DNA of 64,000 nucleotides from Candidatus Dojkabacteria bacterium (GTDB taxonomy: Bacteria; Patescibacteriota; Dojkabacteria; JAOAGR01), in NCBI GenBank assembly GCA_025999155.1, contig AP026679.1, positions 85,776 to 149,775 on the forward strand, written 5' to 3'. How positions within the stretch are numbered: position 1 is the stretch's first letter; each line of letters begins with the position of its first letter. Under the pieces are notes generated by a model, which saw nothing but the letters and a program-made list of their open reading frames with translations, had not been told where the DNA came from and ran no database searches. The position numbers and the translations under genes are program-made. Below are positions 39,901 to 48,896 of the stretch, piece by piece.

Positions 39901-41007
39901 GTCGACTTGTCCGGCACACCGATAGGAGCTATAGTTAGAGCGACAAATTTGACCCGAACTACTGGGTCGTCATCCACCCCAAATCCGGTCGCTCCAGCAA
40001 TGGGATACACATCGAATGCGGTACCATTCACGGGAACTACTGTATCTCCAAATAACTCCGCACTACCGAATGATAATTTTTCTGTAAGCCAAAACGTGAG
40101 ACTAGTGAGATGGAGTACCATAACATCGTTCGTGCCGGGAGAGGTATATACAGGTAAAGTAAGGGTAGAGATTCAATCATTCTCTGGTAATCCAGGATTA
40201 CGTAATCAAGTATGTTTAGTCATCGACTCAAATAATAATGGTCAATTTGATAATGTTGAAATGATTAGGTGTAGTGAGGTAGACGTCTTTACCGCACAAC
40301 CTCAATTTACAATAGAGAAAACTGTCAATAACAATACTGCAAACCCTGGTGATACAATTACGTACACGATTACCCTGAGAAATACTTCTAATAATCCACT
40401 TAACTTAAATAACGTCACCATCACTGATGCTTTTGACACGAATTATTTTAATAGGGTAAATATCACACCAGGAAATGGAGGGGAGATACAAAACTCCGAC
40501 CGAGTAGTTTGGACAGGATCAGACCTAGTGACGGCCAACGGAAATAATGCCAACCTAGCTCCAAATGCTACTCTCTCCGTCACTATGCAAGTGAGATTTA
40601 ATCCTGACTTCTTTAATAACGACACAACAATGTGTCAGACAATCATCAATAACGTAGTCACAGCGAGGTCCACATCGCCCGAATTTGATGCAACTTCCAC
40701 AAACGTCACCGTAAATCTGATCAATCCAAATTGTGGTGCAATACCCACGCAGTCGCCGACACAACCTCGTCAAGGACCCACTTCAAATACTTTGCCGAAA
40801 ACCAGTTTAGATATTCCAGTTTTGCTGCCTGTTATCAGTGTCATAGCGATCGTAGTAGGTGTTACAGGCCTAATAGTTCACAAAAGACTGCACTTAAGAT
40901 TATCTAGGGATGGTTCTAGCGCATCTTTGTCTCAGGAACCCAGAAATATTAAAGAGCTCCGTAAAAAGTTTAGAGTTAGAAAACGAAGAGTGTTAAAAAG
41001 TGAATAA
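36943..41007 (+). CDS. Large Cys-rich cell-surface protein with DUF11-like Ig domains and an LPxTS-type sorting signal
   Basis: N-terminal TM, Cys-rich region, internal duplication, Pro linker, IQKT/IEKT...PGDTITYTITLRN domains, LPKTS + TM + basic tail. Confidence 0.88.
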   Translation: MAKIDFSRISNLTYNWRFVLRNRRLITFILIGLTLILGGLAIFLAITINNRRVNPDDTAAVDPCGGCPGGHYCDSTTCTNPPHAFCCPNDQACGCPIAQTKETRIVDRGTRCGPAAGCPEGLGKQMRDSCEVGKDGQLTNCTDASDADCTPKPGCPQPDGTNPACPRSAIPNCGQGNARVGETCTCQSQGTDRFTGIQVCTETGWSICARADGQQTPRAGCPSGMRPVNGVCVRDCDGNSNICACGNNLCSGTAGQRFTCSNASECQVVDSGAWAGSGNCRVAVGPGGSVGECARAEFRSCNPPAGQMCLCSGLGAPINGYRYGNTTTEPVGRCGSSCEGKSGGIYVAEVCGNPYRCPDTPTFRPPPCTPSSYCDPVRNQRVDTVCHQDGSKSVIYTPEECGPCPVTRACQGCDAVEFNCHGQVIRRIPNSSECPCTTTTREEDDACSFMTVTVGGQSITVNSVLSPNVLSVQLQPGQEITFNSGSAGPNANFSHYWMRPYGPEDGCAYYIFNPDTEWAGSPQRTFRLPGNLQQLERNDAWGRANCRGKTFDYTKGVIFGVNYLRDGRRWEGNWCRNIGPNPSDSSYFNASTGSLNRPCPRPNPCVVRTLPPLGACSSMTVSIGDQTITVNNINSPNVLNVQLQPGQQITFNSSSTGPGAYFSHYWMRPYRADPNDPINRQGTREHICAYYIFNFNQDLGGSPQRTFTIPNNLNALERNDLAGSNGSITVNGQTFSCRGYAPDYTQGVIFGVNYIQNPTQWGGEWCSNQGPNPGDSGFFNGSINLNRPCPTPNVCVVRTQYTPPPPTTPPPPAPQCTSITIQNQTRNTSCNASNPNACNVMQGDQLNVSVTGSGTITRYGLTTQVIRGQNITTNNPTTQESSQFNSITVPTGNDITGFAIRGSVENVSGSQSSDNCFVRFTFTQNPEIQKTINRAGSNPAIPESMNPVVVSGGNVVEYDITVRNNGNSVLQNVLVYDRVINLNNGNVDLSGTPIGAIVRATNLTRTTGSSSTPNPVAPAMGYTSNAVPFTGTTVSPNNSALPNDNFSVSQNVRLVRWSTITSFVPGEVYTGKVRVEIQSFSGNPGLRNQVCLVIDSNNNGQFDNVEMIRCSEVDVFTAQPQFTIEKTVNNNTANPGDTITYTITLRNTSNNPLNLNNVTITDAFDTNYFNRVNITPGNGGEIQNSDRVVWTGSDLVTANGNNANLAPNATLSVTMQVRFNPDFFNNDTTMCQTIINNVVTARSTSPEFDATSTNVTVNLINPNCGAIPTQSPTQPRQGPTSNTLPKTSLDIPVLLPVISVIAIVVGVTGLIVHKRLHLRLSRDGSSASLSQEPRNIKELRKKFRVRKRRVLKSE
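38278..39339 (+). repeat. Intragenic tandem domain duplication (38278-38769 and 38785-39339)
   Basis: Both copies share ACS.MTV..G.Q.ITVN...SPNVL.VQLQPGQ.ITFNS...FSHYWMRPY...CAYYIFN...GSPQRTF...GVIFGVNY...WC.N.GPNP.DS...LNRPCP.PN.CVVRT. Confidence 0.9.
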
Positions 41008-41075
41008 TTAATAGTTATAACGAATGGATTCTAAAATAATGAAGTAAATTTGACTGTTTTGTTATACAATTGGTT

Positions 41076-42347
41076 ATGAACAAGTTATCAAATTTGCCTT
41101 ATGTGGGGTGTAATGATTATCCACCTAGTGATTACAGACGTATAGAATACATATTCTCAAAATGGCGTGAATTGGCAAAGAAATATGGTTATGAAGAGTA
41201 TTTGACTCCCGTATTAGAAAGGGCTGAAATTTATGAGGCCAAGTCCGGTGAGGATATTAAAAAAGAGCTTTATATACTTACAGATGGGAAAGGGCGCAGA
41301 CTAGCATTGAGGCCGGAAATGACTCCGTCGGTCACAAGACTGGTTACTAAGTTATATGCTTCTTCACCTAAACCTCTACGATATTTTAGTATAGCAAATT
41401 TTTTTCGGGGTGAACGACCACAAAAGGGTAGGGATAGAGAATTTTGGCAATTGAACATTGATATTTTTGGAAGTGAATCTATTTATGCAGACTTAGAAAT
41501 TTTGATGTCTGCTATAGATTTAATGCGCAGTTTTAATGCTCCACAATCGTCTTATATTCTAAAAATCAATCACAGGAAATTAATCGATTACTTTTTATCC
41601 GATATACTTAAAATTGTTGATTCAGAGACAAAAACTCAAGTTGTCCGTAAATTGGATAAGTATAAAAAATTAACTCACAAGGAGTTTGTAGAAAGCCTAC
41701 ACAATATAGGATTGAATTCGGAACAAATTGTACAAATCCTAGAATGGATGCAAAGTGATTTTTACAATATAGCAAATAGCTTCTCACAAGTGACTGAAAA
41801 TCAAGGTTTTAAGGACATATTATTCCTTCTTAATAAACTGGAACATTTGGGCTATAGTGAGAATGTAAAATATGCAAGTGATCTGATTCGAGGTTTCGAT
41901 TATTATGATGGTATGGTTTTTGAAGTTTTTGACTTAAACCCTAATCTAACCCGATCTTTGTTTGGCGGAGGTCGTTACAATGGTCTTGCTGAAATCTTTG
42001 GAAGCGATAGAATTCCCGCGGTAGGCTATGCCCCTGGCAGCCCAATTAGCATATTTCTTGATAATTGGAATTTATGGCCGGATTTTGACGCTCAGAAAGT
42101 TAATTATTTTCTGCCTATTCTATCCGAAAATTTAGTAGTACCTGTATTGAATCTTGCATCGAATCTCAGACAAACAGGTAAGATTGTAGAGACTAGTATT
42201 GACATAATATCCCTTTCAAAGGCATTATCATATGCGAATACTCGTAAATTTAAATACGTAATAATTTATGGCGAGGATGAATATAACAAAAGCCAGTACC
42301 TAATTAAAGATATGCATACAGGCGAACAGGTGAGCTACAGTATATGA
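41076..42347 (+). CDS. hisS: Histidine--tRNA ligase
   Basis: LRPEMTPS, FRGERPQKGR.REFWQ, RGFDYYDG, GGGRYNGL. Confidence 0.97.
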   Translation: MNKLSNLPYVGCNDYPPSDYRRIEYIFSKWRELAKKYGYEEYLTPVLERAEIYEAKSGEDIKKELYILTDGKGRRLALRPEMTPSVTRLVTKLYASSPKPLRYFSIANFFRGERPQKGRDREFWQLNIDIFGSESIYADLEILMSAIDLMRSFNAPQSSYILKINHRKLIDYFLSDILKIVDSETKTQVVRKLDKYKKLTHKEFVESLHNIGLNSEQIVQILEWMQSDFYNIANSFSQVTENQGFKDILFLLNKLEHLGYSENVKYASDLIRGFDYYDGMVFEVFDLNPNLTRSLFGGGRYNGLAEIFGSDRIPAVGYAPGSPISIFLDNWNLWPDFDAQKVNYFLPILSENLVVPVLNLASNLRQTGKIVETSIDIISLSKALSYANTRKFKYVIIYGEDEYNKSQYLIKDMHTGEQVSYSI

Positions 42348-42790
42348 AAATTATAAATATAACAAATATTGAAAATCCTTATGATTTAAAAGATTTTGAA
42401 GTGAATGAAGATACGACAATAAATTTTATATCTCGAATATATGATAAATCATTTGAGTTACCTATTAAAATAATCCATAGAAAGCCTGATTTATCATCAA
42501 ATATAACTATTCGTATAGCACTGTTCGGGCAATCACAAGTCCGTATTCCTGTCGAAATATATGTTGTGAAAGGGGCAGTAAACACTTATACAAATTTTCA
42601 AGCTAGCGTATTTATCATGAGTAATGAATCAAAAGCGGATATAACGCCAAGTTTGTTCATACATGAAAAAGCTATTCGTGGAGCTGGTCATAGTCTAGTA
42701 ATCAAAAATATAAAGCAGAAAGATACTCTTTATCTTCAATCTAGAGGTATAAAATTTGAAAAAGCACGAGATTTGATAATGAATTTATAG
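42344..42790 (+). CDS. Short SufD/SufB-like beta-helix protein
   Basis: SKADITPSLFI...GAGHS...YLQSRGI resembles the SufBD C-terminal core. Confidence 0.7.
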   Translation: MKIINITNIENPYDLKDFEVNEDTTINFISRIYDKSFELPIKIIHRKPDLSSNITIRIALFGQSQVRIPVEIYVVKGAVNTYTNFQASVFIMSNESKADITPSLFIHEKAIRGAGHSLVIKNIKQKDTLYLQSRGIKFEKARDLIMNL

Positions 42791-42802
42791 ATTTTTTCTC
42801 AT

Positions 42803-42830
42803 TTGAATGCAAAGCCATATATGGTATACT
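42803..42830 (+). promoter_or_regulatory. Promoter upstream of nusA
   Basis: TTGAAT-16 nt-TATACT with extended -10 TG. Confidence 0.7.
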
Positions 42831-42842
42831 ATTCTTAGATGC

Positions 42843-42872
42843 ACGAGCCTAGTTATTGCTCGTTTTTTGTTT
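42843..42872 (+). terminator. Terminator-like hairpin in the nusA leader
   Basis: ACGAGC-9 nt-GCTCGT followed by TTTTTGTTT. Confidence 0.6.
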
Positions 42873-42903
42873 AATAATAATTATTAGTTATACGAAGTTA
42901 GTT

Positions 42904-44214
42904 ATGTCAGCAAAAGTTAATACGGACTTCATATCAGCTATATACCAAATTGCTGAAGAAAGAGGGTTAGATCAGGAAGTAGTATTGGAACAAGTAAAAA
43001 AAGCATATCTGACGGCTTATAAAAAGATGGCAAAAGACACAGAAACAGGGAAAAACGAAGAGGTCTCTTCGCTTGCCGTCGAAATAGATTTAGAAAATGG
43101 AGAGATTACAATTCTAAAAGATAAAAAAGTCGTATCCGTACTCACAGATCCTAATACACAAATTTTGGAATCTCATGCTAAATTAATCGATCCCAAACTG
43201 CGTGAAGGTGACCATATACAAATAGATGTTACTCCAGATAATTTTGGTCGAATTGCTGCACAGGCTGCTTTTCAAAGGTTATTGCAAGGACTTAAAGATG
43301 CAGAATTGGAGTCAATCAAGGCTAAGTATGAGGACAAGGTGGGGAAAATCATAAGCGGCGTTATATTAAAGAAAGATCAAAATTACATTAAAGTAGAGGT
43401 AGAAAAAGCTGAGGCTATTATGCCTCTTTCAGAAGCAATACCCGGAGAAATTTACAAAAGTGCTGACCGTAAACGATTCCTGCTAGTCCGACTACAAAAT
43501 AGTCCTACAGATAAACGAATGCTACTATCCCGTGGTTCAAGTAATTTTTTGAAAGCTTTATTTGAAGTAGAGGTACCAGAAATTGCTATGGGAAGTGTCC
43601 AAATAGTCGGTGTAGCTCGTGAGGCAGGATCAAGATCAAAGGTAGCCGTACAATCATTACATGAGAAAGTAGATGCTATCGGTGCATGTGTTGGACCAAA
43701 AGGAACCAGGATAGATACTATAATGAATGAAGTAAGTCCTGAAAAAGTAGATATCATTCTATTTGATCCAGATATTAAAAACTATATAGTGAATGCACTT
43801 AGCCCAGCAAAAGTCGTAAGTGTGAAAGTATATCCTGATATGAAAAAATCAGTAGTTTTAGTCTCTGAAGATATGCTTTCCCTTGCTATAGGAAAAGATG
43901 GGCAAAATGTCCGTCTTGCAGCCAAGCTCACAGGCTATCAAATAGATATAACAGCTGATAAGGAGAAATTTGAAACATACGACATAGATGAAAGAAATTC
44001 CTCGCAACATAATACGGATCAAAAAACTAGCATGGATGAAGACCCTGTAATTGAGGATTTGAATTTATCAGAAAGACAAAAGCGAGCACTCAAAAAAGTA
44101 GGAATTGAAAAAAAATCTGATCTATATAAATTGGTAAATAAAGAAATTACAATCGACACTTTTACAAGTAAGGATATAAACAAAATCAAAAAAATATTAG
44201 ATATACAGGAGTGA
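42904..44214 (+). CDS. nusA: Transcription termination factor NusA
   Basis: FGRIAAQAA, S1 domain, AREAGSRSKVAV, GACVG, AIGKDGQNVRLA; ATG at 42904. Confidence 0.97.
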   Translation: MSAKVNTDFISAIYQIAEERGLDQEVVLEQVKKAYLTAYKKMAKDTETGKNEEVSSLAVEIDLENGEITILKDKKVVSVLTDPNTQILESHAKLIDPKLREGDHIQIDVTPDNFGRIAAQAAFQRLLQGLKDAELESIKAKYEDKVGKIISGVILKKDQNYIKVEVEKAEAIMPLSEAIPGEIYKSADRKRFLLVRLQNSPTDKRMLLSRGSSNFLKALFEVEVPEIAMGSVQIVGVAREAGSRSKVAVQSLHEKVDAIGACVGPKGTRIDTIMNEVSPEKVDIILFDPDIKNYIVNALSPAKVVSVKVYPDMKKSVVLVSEDMLSLAIGKDGQNVRLAAKLTGYQIDITADKEKFETYDIDERNSSQHNTDQKTSMDEDPVIEDLNLSERQKRALKKVGIEKKSDLYKLVNKEITIDTFTSKDINKIKKILDIQE

Positions 44215-44579
44215 ACGACAAGGAAAAAAAGATTCCGATCAGAAAATGTGTTGTTAGCGGGGAGCGTTATCCAAAAGTCGATATGCTACGCATAGTTTCT
44301 CTTCGAGGTGGGCCTATCAGAATTGATTTAACTGGCAAAGCGCCGGGAAGAGGCTGCTACGTTTACCCGGATCCAGAAAATTATCATAAATTAATAAAAT
44401 CGAAAGCATCTCAGGTAGCTAAAGCACTTAAAAAGCCGATTTCCGAACAAGAATTAGAATATCTCAAAAATAATTTATTACAAGCTTTTGATGAGAAAAA
44501 ATTTCGCAAAAAGTATACAAAACCAGTTGCTATTCGTATCAGAAAAGAAGATCTGGAGAAATTAAATCAAGCATCTTAA
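44211..44579 (+). CDS. ylxR: YlxR (DUF448) family protein
   Basis: P.RKCVVS...LRIV...GKAPGRGCY; follows nusA. Confidence 0.9.
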   Translation: MNDKEKKIPIRKCVVSGERYPKVDMLRIVSLRGGPIRIDLTGKAPGRGCYVYPDPENYHKLIKSKASQVAKALKKPISEQELEYLKNNLLQAFDEKKFRKKYTKPVAIRIRKEDLEKLNQAS

Positions 44580-44608
44580 TAAAGTTTTGCAATTGTTCAA
44601 AATTAAAG

Positions 44609-45709
44609 GTGTACCTCACTTCTTTAAAAGTTTTAAATTTTCGTAATATTAAAAACTTTGCATACGAATTTGGTAAAAATATAAACTACTTTTTCGCCCC
44701 TAACGGTACAGGAAAAACGAATCTACTCGAATCAATCCAAGCTCTCACAATAGGTAAAACACTACGTACTACTAGAGAAAAAGATATCATACCCTTGAAT
44801 CTCGACTTGCAATATATCGATGTTACGGGAAAAATTCTCGATGAAGATAATATCAACTTTACCCAATCTTATCGTATACATTTACAACCGAAAATAACAA
44901 AAGAATTGATAGTGAACAATAATAAATTACCTTTGAGTCAATACCTGGGCAGAGTACCAAGTATATGGTTTGGCCCCGAAAACATAAGAATAATCAATTC
45001 ATCTCCAGTCAATAAACGTAATTTTATAGACAATATCCTAATTCAACTATATCCAAAATATCAATATTGTCTTAGACGTTATAATAAAGCCTTAAAGCAT
45101 CGAAATAAATTACTACAGGAACTCACAATAGATAAACACCAAATAGATATATGGACTGAACAATTAGTAATTTACGGCAGTGAAATCATAAGGTATCGGA
45201 AATTTTTTTTTCAAGTAATGAATGAAAAGCTCAATCAATTAACCTTTTCGAGATATCGATTTAAAATTAAGTCTATACCGTCAATTCAACTTGATCCCAT
45301 TTTTGATGAAGACATTGAATATAAATTACGTGCGGATCTATATGAAAATTATACCCAGGATTTACATAAAAAAACGACAACTGTAGGACCACATAAAGAC
45401 TACTGGGATCTCTTTATCCAAATAAATCAAAATCATACATGGCTCAATGCTTCGAGATATGCTTCACGAGGCCAGCAAAGATTAGCTCTAATCATTTTAT
45501 TTATGACTTTAATTCAGATATTTCAAGAAATACGAAATCTTAAACCAATTATGCTACTTGATGATATCTTCTCTGAACTAGATGATGAAAACATTCAATT
45601 ATTAAAAAACTTTATTCTAGACAACCAAGTCCAAACTTTTATCACAGGAGTGACACCTCTCCCACAAACTAATATAAATCAAATAAACCTATATGAACTT
45701 TTAAAGTAA
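44609..45709 (+). CDS. recF: DNA replication/repair protein RecF
   Basis: NFRN, PNGTGKTNLLE, GPHKD, ASRGQQR, LLDDIFSELD. Confidence 0.95.
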   Translation: MYLTSLKVLNFRNIKNFAYEFGKNINYFFAPNGTGKTNLLESIQALTIGKTLRTTREKDIIPLNLDLQYIDVTGKILDEDNINFTQSYRIHLQPKITKELIVNNNKLPLSQYLGRVPSIWFGPENIRIINSSPVNKRNFIDNILIQLYPKYQYCLRRYNKALKHRNKLLQELTIDKHQIDIWTEQLVIYGSEIIRYRKFFFQVMNEKLNQLTFSRYRFKIKSIPSIQLDPIFDEDIEYKLRADLYENYTQDLHKKTTTVGPHKDYWDLFIQINQNHTWLNASRYASRGQQRLALIILFMTLIQIFQEIRNLKPIMLLDDIFSELDDENIQLLKNFILDNQVQTFITGVTPLPQTNINQINLYELLK

Positions 45710-45718
45710 TACTGCAGT

Positions 45719-46435
45719 ATGAAAGATCATGATTTTTTAGAAATATACAATCGTCTACACTTTTTAACCGATACACTTCGACTACAATATGCAAATTTTA
45801 TATATCGGCATTACAATGAAAAAATAACCTTAACTGAAATTATTCAAAGATTGAAACAAGATGAGCCAATTGAATACATACTAAATATCGCGGAATTTTA
45901 TGGTCTTGAATTATATGTAGATAATAGAGTTTTAATACCAAGAATAGATACAGAAAATCTAGTTACTCACACGCTAAAATACATAAAGAACCATAATAAT
46001 ACAAAATTTACAATTATCGATGTTGGTACTGGATCTGGATGTATAGCAATAGCACTAGCAAAAAATCTTGATAAAAAAAATATTTATCAAATTATAGCGA
46101 TAGAGAAATATAGAGAGGCCCTTGCTGTCGCAGCAATTAACATAAAACAAATGAATTTAAATAATCGGATAAAATTGATCAATAGTGATTTCAGGGATAT
46201 TGATTTTGCTGTTTATCCAAACCTTGTTGTCTGTGCAAATTTACCTTACATACCGGAAAATCGAATCTTACCAAAAAGTGTAAAAGACTTTGAACCAAAG
46301 ACGGCATTATTTGGCGGTCAAAAAGGTGATGAATTAATTCAGGCTTTAAAAAAACAACTCATGGGGATGCATAATCTTAGATTTGCTATTTTTGAGCTAG
46401 ACGGCGGTCAAATAGAAATATTCCACGCAGAATAA
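45719..46435 (+). CDS. prmC: Release factor glutamine methyltransferase (HemK)
   Basis: EPIEYI, VLIPRIDTE, DVGTGSGCI, ANLPYI, FEP..ALFGG. Confidence 0.93.
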   Translation: MKDHDFLEIYNRLHFLTDTLRLQYANFIYRHYNEKITLTEIIQRLKQDEPIEYILNIAEFYGLELYVDNRVLIPRIDTENLVTHTLKYIKNHNNTKFTIIDVGTGSGCIAIALAKNLDKKNIYQIIAIEKYREALAVAAINIKQMNLNNRIKLINSDFRDIDFAVYPNLVVCANLPYIPENRILPKSVKDFEPKTALFGGQKGDELIQALKKQLMGMHNLRFAIFELDGGQIEIFHAE

Positions 46436-46532
46436 GACTTTATATAATTTAATTAGAAATTATCTTGATATTTTATCTCCAAAAACAGACAATATATCTG
46501 AAATAAGATTGTGTTTTAATAAATTATTTATC

Positions 46533-47954
46533 ATGGAAAATAAAATAAAAACTAAAATTATCTGTACTATAGGTCCATCTACCTGGGATCCTAATGTACT
46601 ACAAGAACTAATAAATAATGGAATGACAGTTGCACGTATAAATGCTTCCTTTGCAGACGCAGATGAAATAAAGCGAGTGACAAAACTGATCAGATCATTA
46701 TCAGATAAGGTTGCAGTGATGTTAGATTTGAAAGGTCATAAAATTAGAATTTCGGATTTTGGAGAACCTAAGGAAGTCAAAGCAGGTGATGAGTTAATAC
46801 TTGATACCGATCCTCATACAGAACATATTGGAGTTAGTTATGAAAATTTACACAAAGATATCTCCGTTGGGGCAAAAATACTTATTGACGATGGCAAAAT
46901 ACATCTCACAGTAACAAAAATAGAAGGTACAAAAATTTACACAAGAGTTTTAAACTCGGGTCTTTTAAAACGACTCAAAACTCTTAATGTGCCTGGCACT
47001 TATTTGAGCTTTGATCCTTTGACAGAAAAAGACAAACAAGATATCCAAGCCGGGATTGAAGCAGGTGTGGATTTTATAGCGGGATCCTTTGTAAGAGATG
47101 TAAATGATGTAAATGCGATAAAAGAAAGAATTATGGGCACCAACATTGAGATCATAGCAAAAATCGAAGATCCATTAGGAGTAAAAAATTTTGATAGTAT
47201 ACTTGAAAATGTCTATGGCATTATGATAGCGAGAGGTGATCTCGGTGTAGAATTACCTTATGAAGAAATCCCGTTTTTACAAAAAGAGTTTATTAAAAAA
47301 TGTAGATCAGTAGGCAAACCTGTAATTGTTGCAACCCATATGCTTGAATCGATGACCGCTAATCCCGCTCCAACAAGGGCCGAAGTAAATGACGTGGCAA
47401 ATGCAATATTTGATGGAGCTGATGCAATTATGACTTCTGCGGAGACATCTACAGGTCAATATCCCATAGAAGCTATACGAGTAATGCATAAAGTTGCAAG
47501 CTTTATAGAACCTCACACCAAATACGAAGAATATCATACTATAAACGATAAAATTAGTTATTACAATCAGAAAAACTTCGATGATGCAGATCGCGCTATC
47601 ACTATAGCAAAAGCAGGCGCTCAAGCGTGTGAAACAATGAATATACAAAGTATCATAGTTTTTTCTAAAACCGGTTTTACTGCACGGATTTTAAGACAAT
47701 TTAATATTAAACAACCCATATATGCTTTTACACTATCTGAAGATTGGGCACGGAAGTTAGCCCTGTCAAAGGGGATATACGCCTATGCGATACCATCTTT
47801 AAGCCAAAATCGGGATGAAGCTATTCAACAGGTCATAAATCATGCAAAAAGTATTGGAATTATACAAAGCGGTGATCTAATAGCTATTGTCATTGGCTCA
47901 CAAGTTTTTGCAGGAGTAAATACTAGTACACTAGACTTATTAAGAGTAGCCTAG
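46533..47954 (+). CDS. pyk: Pyruvate kinase
   Basis: TKIICTIGP, IAKIE, MIARGDLGVE, PTRAEVNDVANAI.DGAD. Confidence 0.97.
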   Translation: MENKIKTKIICTIGPSTWDPNVLQELINNGMTVARINASFADADEIKRVTKLIRSLSDKVAVMLDLKGHKIRISDFGEPKEVKAGDELILDTDPHTEHIGVSYENLHKDISVGAKILIDDGKIHLTVTKIEGTKIYTRVLNSGLLKRLKTLNVPGTYLSFDPLTEKDKQDIQAGIEAGVDFIAGSFVRDVNDVNAIKERIMGTNIEIIAKIEDPLGVKNFDSILENVYGIMIARGDLGVELPYEEIPFLQKEFIKKCRSVGKPVIVATHMLESMTANPAPTRAEVNDVANAIFDGADAIMTSAETSTGQYPIEAIRVMHKVASFIEPHTKYEEYHTINDKISYYNQKNFDDADRAITIAKAGAQACETMNIQSIIVFSKTGFTARILRQFNIKQPIYAFTLSEDWARKLALSKGIYAYAIPSLSQNRDEAIQQVINHAKSIGIIQSGDLIAIVIGSQVFAGVNTSTLDLLRVA

Positions 47955-48031
47955 ATCTTGGCATGAACATTATAGTCTGGTATCATTAACACGGTATCGT
48001 TATATTAGTTATAAATCGAGGAGTTTATATT

Positions 48032-48457
48032 ATGGTAAACATAGCAGTTATTAAATTGGCAGGATCACAACATTTAGTAAAAGCCGGTGATAGATTAGAA
48101 GTAAATCGCTTATCTTACAAGATAGGTGAGCCTGTTGAAGCCGAAGTTTTATTAAGTACAAAAGGGGACGAATTGCTTGTAAATGAGGGCAAAGTTATAT
48201 TTAACGTCGTAGAAAATAAAAAAGGGAAAAAGTTACATGTAATAAAGTTTCGTGCAAAATCTCGATATAGAAGGAAAAAAGGTCACAGACAGCTTTTGTC
48301 AGTGGTTGAGGTTCTGTCAGTTAACGGAGAAACTAGTGTGAAAAAAGCATCCACAAATGATGTAGTACAGAATAGTAATTCGGATGAAATAGCTTCCGCC
48401 AAAACACGGGTTAAAACGGCCAAACGTGCAAAAAAAACAAAACAGAAATCTGCTTAG
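48032..48457 (+). CDS. rplU: 50S ribosomal protein L21
   Basis: GSQHLVKAGD, KFRAKSRYRRKKGHRQ; SD GAGGAG. Confidence 0.95.
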   Translation: MVNIAVIKLAGSQHLVKAGDRLEVNRLSYKIGEPVEAEVLLSTKGDELLVNEGKVIFNVVENKKGKKLHVIKFRAKSRYRRKKGHRQLLSVVEVLSVNGETSVKKASTNDVVQNSNSDEIASAKTRVKTAKRAKKTKQKSA

Positions 48458-48499
48458 AAATATTTTATCTTTAATAATATTAAATAATTAAAAGTTATT

Positions 48500-48787
48500 A
48501 TGGCTCACGTCACAGCAGCAAAATCAACAGCTCGACAAAAGGGGAATGTAAGAGGTAAAAGGCGAGGAGTAAAAGTTTACACTGGAACAAAAGTGAAATC
48601 CGGATCTATTTTAGTAAGGCAGCTAGGAACTAAATATCTTCCAGGTAAGAATGTCGGCATGGGCAGGGATTACACTCTCTATGCAAAAATTGATGGTGTT
48701 GTACAGTTTCGAAATACTACAGGATACAAGAGAGGTAAAAAAGTTGTTCACGTAGTGCCCGTAAACTCAGCCGCAGCAAATGAATAA
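48500..48787 (+). CDS. rpmA: 50S ribosomal protein L27
   Basis: MAH..., [27 protein letters not shown]. Confidence 0.96.
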   Translation: MAHVTAAKSTARQKGNVRGKRRGVKVYTGTKVKSGSILVRQLGTKYLPGKNVGMGRDYTLYAKIDGVVQFRNTTGYKRGKKVVHVVPVNSAAANE

Positions 48788-48896
48788 CAGTCCAGATATC
48801 CAGCTTTCTGGTGGCATGGATTTTTATAATTTTATAGGTTTTCCTTTTCTGTTTCTCAGTGGATTTTATTAACTTAGGATTCTGTCAATTATTTAA

